Below, piece by piece: positions 57,560 to 64,000 of a DNA stretch of 64,000 nucleotides. The DNA is taken from NCBI GenBank assembly GCA_001790815.1, contig MGDU01000022.1, positions 108 through 64,107 on the forward strand, given 5' to 3'. Numbering within the stretch: position 1 is the stretch's first letter; every line of letters begins with the position of its first letter. The stretch is from Candidatus Uhrbacteria bacterium RIFCSPHIGHO2_02_FULL_46_47 (GTDB lineage: Bacteria > Patescibacteriota > Patescibacteriia > GWA2-47-26). The position numbers and the translations under genes were made by a program. The notes under the pieces were generated by a model. That model did not search any database. It was given only the letters and a program-made list of their open reading frames with translations, and was not told the DNA's origin.

Positions 57560-58711
57560 TTATACCACTTCAATACTTTCTACCATCTTTTTCTTCTGCT
57601 GACGCTTTGTAAGTTCAGATTTTGCGCGCACATCCCAGTTGCCAAACCCTTGTATGATTGTCAGGTTGCCATCCAAAGCAAGGCTAGCCCTTGTCGATAA
57701 CACTCCATTGTTATAAATATTCTCAAAACCTTTACCATTGAGCGCGCGACTCAGCATATCTTTTGTTTGTGCAAAATCAGCAATTAATATTTCATCATCC
57801 GAACCGTAGAAATCTGAAGTCGTGAAGAATTTATCTGCGTTAGCTAGATCGTTTTTTAAAGATTCTGCAAAACTTGGATCCAAATCAGGAAATTTTTCAG
57901 CCATTTTTTGAATTTCATCAATGAGCGGCTTGACTTTAGTTTCAAAATTATGTTTTGCCTTTTCCTGTAGCTCGCGTTTTATTGTTTCTATTTGTTCTCG
58001 ACTTGGCCCAACTTCAGTTTTTGGTTTTGCTTCAGGTGCTGCAACTCCAAGTCCAGATTCTTTTTTTGCAGAAATTCCACCCCGCTCCTTCGCATAAAGA
58101 AATACAAATTGAGAGCGGCCTTTTTTTGCTTCAAGTCCCAATTGTTCAATCTCCTTGGTTGAATATCCTAATTCTTCAAGGCGCGGCTTCACTTTTTCTA
58201 ATTCGCCTTTCGGAATAAGCAAATGCAATCCTTCTTTCGAAATGGACTCGTTTTTTATGGTCGCCGCATCTACAACTAAAAGCGCATCGCGTTGTCCTTC
58301 AAGCAGTTGAGAAATTTCTGCAATGTCCTTTCCCTCCGCTTGGCTTGATTCAATCGCGCCTTTGGCAATCGCTCCTTTATTCTCTGGAGATTGGCCTGCA
58401 AGCGATTGGAGCGCGGCTTCTTCACCCTCTTCAATAGCAGTCCGCTTTACGTCAGTCACATCGCCAACCTCAAAACGCCGCACGCCAACTTGGTCGCCAG
58501 TTGCGGTGTCTGCCACCATTTTTTCCGCCCCTGGCAGGCCAACTTTATATGTTTCTATCGCGTGCGGCCGTTCTGTTTCAGCCGGTTTTTCAGTCACTCC
58601 TATTCCTTTTCTTGTTTCTGGAGTTTCTGATAATGGTGGCGGTTCTTGCTCCGATGGATTATCTAATTTACGGGGAGGACGGGTAAGCATAGCAGTTTGA
58701 GTATAGCTCAT
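57560..58711 (-). CDS. hypothetical acidic coiled-coil protein
   Basis: 383 aa, Glu/Lys-rich; no family recognised. Confidence 0.4.
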   Translation of the reverse strand: MSYTQTAMLTRPPRKLDNPSEQEPPPLSETPETRKGIGVTEKPAETERPHAIETYKVGLPGAEKMVADTATGDQVGVRRFEVGDVTDVKRTAIEEGEEAALQSLAGQSPENKGAIAKGAIESSQAEGKDIAEISQLLEGQRDALLVVDAATIKNESISKEGLHLLIPKGELEKVKPRLEELGYSTKEIEQLGLEAKKGRSQFVFLYAKERGGISAKKESGLGVAAPEAKPKTEVGPSREQIETIKRELQEKAKHNFETKVKPLIDEIQKMAEKFPDLDPSFAESLKNDLANADKFFTTSDFYGSDDEILIADFAQTKDMLSRALNGKGFENIYNNGVLSTRASLALDGNLTIIQGFGNWDVRAKSELTKRQQKKKMVESIEVV

Positions 58712-58786
58712 TATTTACTTTAAAGCAAAAAATGAAAAAATACTTATCATCCTCACCAATACTACTCATCCTCCAATTCCACCATC

Positions 58787-58832
58787 AACGACTCAATTAT
58801 TTGCGATCGCACATTGTTGAGCCGTTGGGAAA
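58787..58832. promoter_or_regulatory. 43-bp imperfect palindrome overlapping the promoter of the 58912 gene
   Basis: caacgactcaattatttgcgatcgcacattgttgagccgttg, followed by TATGAT. Confidence 0.45.
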
Positions 58833-58911
58833 TGTGCTATGATGGTTGTGGATAGTTTTGGCAACAATCTTTTTAGGACAGTATTTTAGCAAATTATAAG
58901 CCTGCAATAGT

Positions 58912-59493
58912 ATGAGTACTAAACTACAATTGAAAAAATTCCAAATCGTTCTTTTGCAATTGTATGCTGGATATCGGGAACTTGACCATGCACTCGCTTC
59001 ATATAAGCCAAGGAGTCATACGCCCGGATGGGACTCTACTGGCTATAGTGAGCGCGAGCGAAAATTAGCAGAGCGTGAAATAAAATATCTTTATAAGCGT
59101 ATTGAATATTTAAAGCGGTGCAATTATATTCAAATGGTTAAGGAGGGAGAGGAAAAATTATTGAAGCTTACTTCAAAAGGAAAATATGAACTTTTGCGTT
59201 TACGGTTTGTAGAACACATGCTCATGCAGAAGAAACAATCATGGGCGCGCAAGTGGTGGATATTGATTTTTGATATCCCAGAGTCACAAAAGAAGTATCG
59301 TAATTTTTTCCGCCGATTTTTGAAACAAAATGGTTTTAAGATGGTACAACGTTCAGTTTGGATTACGCCATACAACCCGGAATCTGCCTTAGTTGATCTT
59401 TTGAGATACCTAAGGATTGAAAAATATTTTGAACTTATTGAAGCAGATTGCGAGCGATGTAGTACCACACTTTTAAAAAAATTCAAACCATGA
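58912..59493 (+). CDS. PaaX-like/Cas2-fold putative regulator (tentative)
   Basis: The C-terminal segment WWILIFDIPESQKKYRNFFRRFLKQNGFKMVQRSVWITPY follows a Cas2/PaaX_C-like pattern. The N-terminal half is helical. There is no CRISPR array nearby. Confidence 0.3.
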   Translation: MSTKLQLKKFQIVLLQLYAGYRELDHALASYKPRSHTPGWDSTGYSERERKLAEREIKYLYKRIEYLKRCNYIQMVKEGEEKLLKLTSKGKYELLRLRFVEHMLMQKKQSWARKWWILIFDIPESQKKYRNFFRRFLKQNGFKMVQRSVWITPYNPESALVDLLRYLRIEKYFELIEADCERCSTTLLKKFKP

Positions 59494-59540
59494 TCAGGGG
59501 AGCGTGCAACGCCGCAAGTTGAAACATTTAGTGAATGTAT

Positions 59541-59583
59541 AAACGGCTCAATATTTTGCGATCGCACATTATTGAGTCGTTTG
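59541..59583. promoter_or_regulatory. second copy of the 43-bp palindrome, overlapping the rnpB promoter
   Basis: aacggctcaatattttgcgatcgcacattattgagtcgttt, followed by TTGACA-17-TAGAGT. Confidence 0.45.
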
Positions 59584-59616
59584 ACTATTGACAGGGAAGG
59601 ATAGATATGATAGAGT
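59581..59616 (+). promoter_or_regulatory. sigma70-like promoter of rnpB
   Basis: TTGACA at 59588-59593, 17-nt spacer, TAGAGT at 59611-59616. Confidence 0.45.
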
Positions 59617-59617
59617 G

Positions 59618-60216
59618 TGGATGCTTACAAAAAGCTGGATGATCGCTCCGACTTAGGTCGGGGAGGAAAGTCCGAACACCCCCGCAGTAATGTGGGAAAA
59701 AGGTACCACCTAACGGGTGGGCAGTATGACGGGGATATCATCCGGTCATCCGATCGGACAAGAAACTCCGCTGACGGATCAGTGCCACAGAGACAATACT
59801 AATCGTGCCTCACTATCATTCGGCACTCCGTTACGAATTACGAATCTTGTACGAAACTACGAAACAACAAATTTGTAGTTTTGTAGCGACATTTGTGGAT
59901 TCGTACACAGAGCACCGAGCGACAGTGAGGTGCGGTGAAAGGTGAAAAGTGAAGGAATGTTAATCGCTTACACAAGCCTAAAACTTGTGAAAACGAGAAG
60001 GCTATTCTTCTTACCGTGGGGTAACTCACGGCGTTGGAAAACCCTACCTGGTGCAACGCCATTTACGGCGGCTTGAGGTCCCGCGCGAGTGGGATCCCAG
60101 AGAGATGATCATTAAACCACAGATCTTACAACACAGATCACACAAATATCTGTGAAAATCTGTGATCAAAATCTGTGGTTACAGAATTCGGCTTACGGGC
60201 TTTTTGTAAGCATTTG
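59618..60216 (+). ncRNA. rnpB: RNase P RNA (bacterial type, extended to about 600 nt)
   Basis: P1 pairing between tgcttacaaaaagc (59622-59635) and gctttttgtaagca (60199-60212). Conserved GGAAAGTCCGAACAC (P4 5' strand), ACAGAGACAATAC, and ACAGAATTCGGCTTA near the 3' end. An extended helix of cacagatc/gatctgtg repeats at 60115-60175. Confidence 0.7.
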
Positions 60217-60250
60217 AAAAGGCACCTTGGTGGTGCCTTTTCAAATAAAT
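60214..60250 (+). terminator. terminator after rnpB
   Basis: gaaaaggcacc-ttgg-tggtgccttttc. Confidence 0.55.
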
Positions 60251-60278
60251 CGCTTTTCATGTTACAATACAATAACTT

Positions 60279-61703
60279 ATGAAAAAGCTAGATCTCTTTT
60301 TTGCCACAATTCTTGTACCACTTGATTATGTGGCACTTATTTTAGCGGCAATTGCTGCTTATTCTTTGCGTTTTGCTCCATTTTTAGCTGAGCGCCGGCC
60401 GGTTATTTTCGCCCTGCCGTTTGATCAATACATGAGGATAGTTTTTATCATCGCAATTGGCTGGATTACAATTTACGCGCTTTCCGGCCTGTATGCCATT
60501 TCCCATCGCAAAAAACTTGAGGAATTGAAAAAAATTATTATTGCCTCAACCGCGGCATTTGGTGGTGTGCTTGCCGCCGTGGTATTTTCCCGAGAACTTT
60601 TTGAATCGCGATTTATTCTTCTTGCCTCCTGGATTTTTGCCATTGTTTTTGTATTTTTTTTCCGCCTTTTTCTTCGCATGGTGCGCAGTACTCTTATTCG
60701 CGCCGGATTCGGGCTCAAGTTGGTGGCGGTTATTGGCAAAGGAATGTCCGCGGATGCACTTATAAATATGGTTTCTCGCAATCCAAAATACGGTCTTAAG
60801 GTTGCGTTTCGCGCGGAAACATTTAGCAAGGAAGCCGAGCGCGAATTGCGTGCGCTTGCCGCACAGGACGGGTTGGATCAAATTATTTATGTGGCGCAAA
60901 ACGGTTCAACCAAAGAAATGCATGAGGCGCTGGATTTTGCCGATGAATATCATCTTTCGTTTTGTTACAGTGCGGATATTGTTTCCGCGCACGGTGCCGG
61001 CATTGAATTTGATATGCTCGCGGGCGTGCCGCTTTTAGAGCTTAAACGCACCCGGCTTGAGGGCTGGGGACGAGTGTACAAACGAATTTTTGATATAGTC
61101 GGATCGTTGATTTTAATTTTGATTACCTTACCTATAATATTTTTTGCCGCGCTTGCGGTCATGTTTGAATCAGGATTTCCGATTCTTTTTAGAAATGAAC
61201 GCGTGGGAGAGCATGGTAAAATTTTTAATACGCTTAAATTTCGCACCATGTATCAAAAATATTGCATTGGCAAACAATTTGCTGATCATGCCCATGCCCT
61301 TGAGTATGAAAAAAAGCTGATTGCGGAGCGCAGTGATAAACAAGGGCCGGTCTACAAAATCAAAGAGGATCCGCGCGTAACGCATGTTGGCCGATTTTTG
61401 CGCCGAACTTCCATTGATGAGTTGCCTCAGCTTTTCAATGTACTTGCCGGCCAAATGACTCTGGTTGGCCCGCGGCCGCATCAGAGACGCGAAGTTGAAA
61501 AATACGAGAAGCATCATAAGCGCGTGCTTGAACTTAAGCCCGGCATGACCGGCCTTCCGCAAATCTCCGGCCGCTCTGATTTATCATTTGAAGAAGAGGT
61601 TAAATTGGACACCTACTATATTGAGCACTGGTCGCTCAAATTAGATTTTATTATTCTCCTCAAAACCCCCTTTGCTGTTTTAGGACAGCGTGGCACCTAC
61701 TAG
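60279..61703 (+). CDS. polyprenyl-phosphate sugar phosphotransferase (bacterial sugar transferase, WbaP-like)
   Basis: N-terminal TM helices and a C-terminal catalytic domain ending ELPQLFNVLAGQMTLVGPRPH. Confidence 0.8.
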   Translation: MKKLDLFFATILVPLDYVALILAAIAAYSLRFAPFLAERRPVIFALPFDQYMRIVFIIAIGWITIYALSGLYAISHRKKLEELKKIIIASTAAFGGVLAAVVFSRELFESRFILLASWIFAIVFVFFFRLFLRMVRSTLIRAGFGLKLVAVIGKGMSADALINMVSRNPKYGLKVAFRAETFSKEAERELRALAAQDGLDQIIYVAQNGSTKEMHEALDFADEYHLSFCYSADIVSAHGAGIEFDMLAGVPLLELKRTRLEGWGRVYKRIFDIVGSLILILITLPIIFFAALAVMFESGFPILFRNERVGEHGKIFNTLKFRTMYQKYCIGKQFADHAHALEYEKKLIAERSDKQGPVYKIKEDPRVTHVGRFLRRTSIDELPQLFNVLAGQMTLVGPRPHQRREVEKYEKHHKRVLELKPGMTGLPQISGRSDLSFEEEVKLDTYYIEHWSLKLDFIILLKTPFAVLGQRGTY

Positions 61704-61740
61704 ATTTTTTATTTAAGTCGTGTTACTATTCCGATGCCAT

Positions 61741-61785
61741 TCGTAATTTGTAGATTTGCATGAAATTTGTAGATTGGCATCATAT
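61741..61785. repeat. GCATGAAATTYGTAGATTGGCATCATA-family repeat
   Basis: A second copy lies in frame in the next GT gene at 63647-63690. Confidence 0.55.
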
Positions 61786-61787
61786 CT

Positions 61788-62906
61788 ATGCGGCTTGCGT
61801 TAGTGCACGATTATTTAATTCAGGACGGTGGCGCGGAAAGGGTATTGCGCGCCTTTGCGGAAATTTGGCCTGAAGCGCCGATTTTTGTTTTATTTCACGA
61901 TAAAAAACGCTGGCCGGAATTCCGCGGCCGCTCTATCAACACTTCTGTTTTGCAAGATATGCCGGGCGTGCTTAAGTACTATCGCTGGACGCTTCCGCTT
62001 ATGCCAGCCGCCACTGAGCATCATGATTTAGGCGAGTTTGATGTGGTACTTTCTTCGGCCTCGGCTTTTGCCAAAGGCATAGTGACTCGTCCGGATGCCT
62101 TGCATATTTGTTATTGCCACACCCCGACGCGCTATCTTTGGACGGACACGCACAGCTACATTAAAGATTTGCGCACCAATCGTTTTATAAAATTCATGCT
62201 GCCGTTTTTCTTGACGAGTTTGCGTATGTGGGATCGCACTTCAGCACTTCGGGTAGACAAATTTATTGCCAACTCGCAAACAGTAGCAAAGCGTATTAAA
62301 AAATATTACGAACGCGAGGCGGATATTATGTATCCGGCAGTGGATTGTTCAAAATTTTATATTTCCCCAACGGTAGGCAATTATTATTTGGCTGGCGGCC
62401 GCTTGGTCGCTTACAAGCGTTTTGATTTGGCCATTGAGGTTTTCAATCGGCTGAAATTACCGCTTGTTATTTTTGGTACTGGTCCGTATGAAGATCGTTT
62501 GCGTAAGATGGCTAAATCAAATGTGAAGTTTCTTGGACACATTTCGGACGATGAAAAGTCCAAACTTTTGTCGCAGTGTATTGCTTTTATTCATCCGCAA
62601 TTGGAAGATTTGGGATTGCTTCCTTTAGAGGTCATGGCTTCTGGCCGGCCGGTTGTGGCTTATGGCCGAGGTGGCGCGCTGGAAACAGTGGTGGAAGGGA
62701 AAACCGGAACTTTTTTCCACGAGCAAAGTTGGGAAGCACTTCTGGATGCAATGCTTAATTTCAAACCGGAACAATTTAATGCTCAGGAAATTCGCGCTTG
62801 GGCTGAACAGTTTGATTTACAGCCATTTAAGAAACGCATAAAAGAATATGTAGAAAGTGCGTACGGCGAATTTACTGCGGGAACAAGAAATGTAAAATTA
62901 TTATGA
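61788..62906 (+). CDS. glycosyltransferase family 4
   Basis: GT1-fold; C-terminal EDLGLLPLEVMASGRPVVAYGRGGALETV. Confidence 0.75.
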   Translation: MRLALVHDYLIQDGGAERVLRAFAEIWPEAPIFVLFHDKKRWPEFRGRSINTSVLQDMPGVLKYYRWTLPLMPAATEHHDLGEFDVVLSSASAFAKGIVTRPDALHICYCHTPTRYLWTDTHSYIKDLRTNRFIKFMLPFFLTSLRMWDRTSALRVDKFIANSQTVAKRIKKYYEREADIMYPAVDCSKFYISPTVGNYYLAGGRLVAYKRFDLAIEVFNRLKLPLVIFGTGPYEDRLRKMAKSNVKFLGHISDDEKSKLLSQCIAFIHPQLEDLGLLPLEVMASGRPVVAYGRGGALETVVEGKTGTFFHEQSWEALLDAMLNFKPEQFNAQEIRAWAEQFDLQPFKKRIKEYVESAYGEFTAGTRNVKLL

Positions 62907-64000
62907 GAATTGGTATTGATGGACGCGCATTGCAAGATCATCCGCGCGGAGGCGTGGGGCAATATGCTTACCATCTTTTGTACGCTCTTTTTTCTTTAGA
63001 TCATGGGAATGAATATGTGGTGTGGTATAACGCGGCTAGAAAACTTGAAGTGCCGATGTTTTCCGAGTATCCAAATGTGCGCGTACATCGTACAAATTGG
63101 CCAAATAAAATGTTAAATCTTTCCATGAAGGTGTTGGGCTCCCCGCGAGTTCCTCCCCTTAGGTCCGACGCTCCAGTCGGACTCCGACCCCGTGGGGCGT
63201 CGGAGATAAGGGGAGGGGAGGAGGGGTTACGAAATTTTGATATTTTTTTTATGCCCAATATTAATTTTGTCGCGCTATCCCCCACAACTAAGCTGATTAT
63301 TACCGCACACGACCTTTCTTTTGTGCATTTTCCCGAGCATTTTTCGCGTAAAACCAGATTGTGGCATCGCGCGATAAATCCACGCGCATTATTCAATCGT
63401 GCGGATCATATCGTTACTGTATCCGCGCATACAAAAGACGATCTTGTGGAAACGTATGGTATCGCGCAGGAAAAAGTGAGCGTGATTTATCCGGGTGTTG
63501 AAGTCAACAGTTCACAGACTACAGTTCACAGTAAAAGCAAAACCGTGAACCGTGAACCGATGACTGATGGCTTCATATTGTATTTCGGCGCGCTTGAGCC
63601 GCGCAAGAATATTGAGGGAATTATAGAGGCCTTTGAGCTTCTTCATTCGCAATTTGCAAATTCGCATGAAATTCGTAGATTGGCATCATACTTGATTATT
63701 GCCGGCCTCTCTACACCGTATGTAAAATATCTTAAAAAACGCATTGCGAAAAGCAAGGTTAGGGATCGCGTAATCCTGAAAGAAAATCCCACGGAAGAAG
63801 AAAAGGAAACACTCTATGCAGGAGCATCACTCTTTGTGTATCCTTCATTTTACGAAGGGTTTGGTTTTCCTCCGCTTGAAGCCATGTCATACGGCGTGCC
63901 GGTAGTTGCTTCTTCAGCTTCGTCTGTTCCGGAGATTTGCGGCGACGCAGCAATGCTGGTAAATCCGTGGGATGTGAATGAAATAAAAGAGGGGATGCGG
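62904..64000 (+). CDS. glycosyltransferase family 4 (partial, runs off window end) with three in-frame repeat inserts
   Basis: The ORF is continuous to the window edge and so is not in the ORF track. EGFGFPPLEAMSYGVPVVAS motif. Inserts lie at 63143-63240, 63500-63565 and 63647-63690. Confidence 0.7.

Overview
The window reads as a gene-dense stretch of a small, moderate-AT bacterial genome. The gene content suggests a Patescibacteria/CPR-like organism, but that is an inference from what is encoded: an archaeal/eukaryote-type IleS, FemAB, DUF4012, O-antigen-ligase/TPR, many toxin-antitoxin (TA) modules, and free-standing four-helix-bundle and GIY-YIG genes.

Housekeeping content: a split transketolase with rpe and rpiB; five aminoacyl-tRNA synthetases (ileS, argS, tyrS, valS, trpS); uvrA, ruvA, RNase J, a CCA-adding enzyme, rluD, rplS and secG; a DEAD-box helicase and a two-component pair; three glycosyltransferases plus a priming sugar transferase. 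RNA genes: tRNA-Arg(CCG), tRNA-Val(GAC), tRNA-Ile(UAU), tRNA-Leu(CAG) followed by a tRNA-like 3' fragment, and a long RNase P RNA.

Three things stand out:
- At least five families of short palindromic or tandem repeats are inserted in frame inside many conserved genes, where they encode motifs such as PSPxxGEG, SYELRV and TSYVLHT. The same families also occur in intergenic DNA.
- Seven compositionally foreign, visibly GC-rich single-gene cassettes (eight ORFs including a partial paralog copy) are scattered between the native genes. Several have a TTGACA-N17-TAnnnT promoter, most have a strong Shine-Dalgarno site, and each has its own stem-loop terminator. One is an outer-membrane-barrel-like pseudogene with an in-frame TAG, and the pair at 42623-44536 share near-identical 3' terminator modules.
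- A conserved double-hairpin element (loop UCUUUAG, with compensatory stem changes) sits immediately upstream of start codons and in frame in rpe and argS.

Also present: two AbiEi/AbiEii pairs (one flanked by 26-bp direct repeats), HicBA, ParD/RelE, and a DsbA-like (CPYS) gene next to a Cys-rich secreted gene. A candidate small RNA and a shared palindromic operator upstream of both a PaaX-like gene and rnpB are also called. No CRISPR array was found. GC content is described from visual impression only, since no computation was possible.
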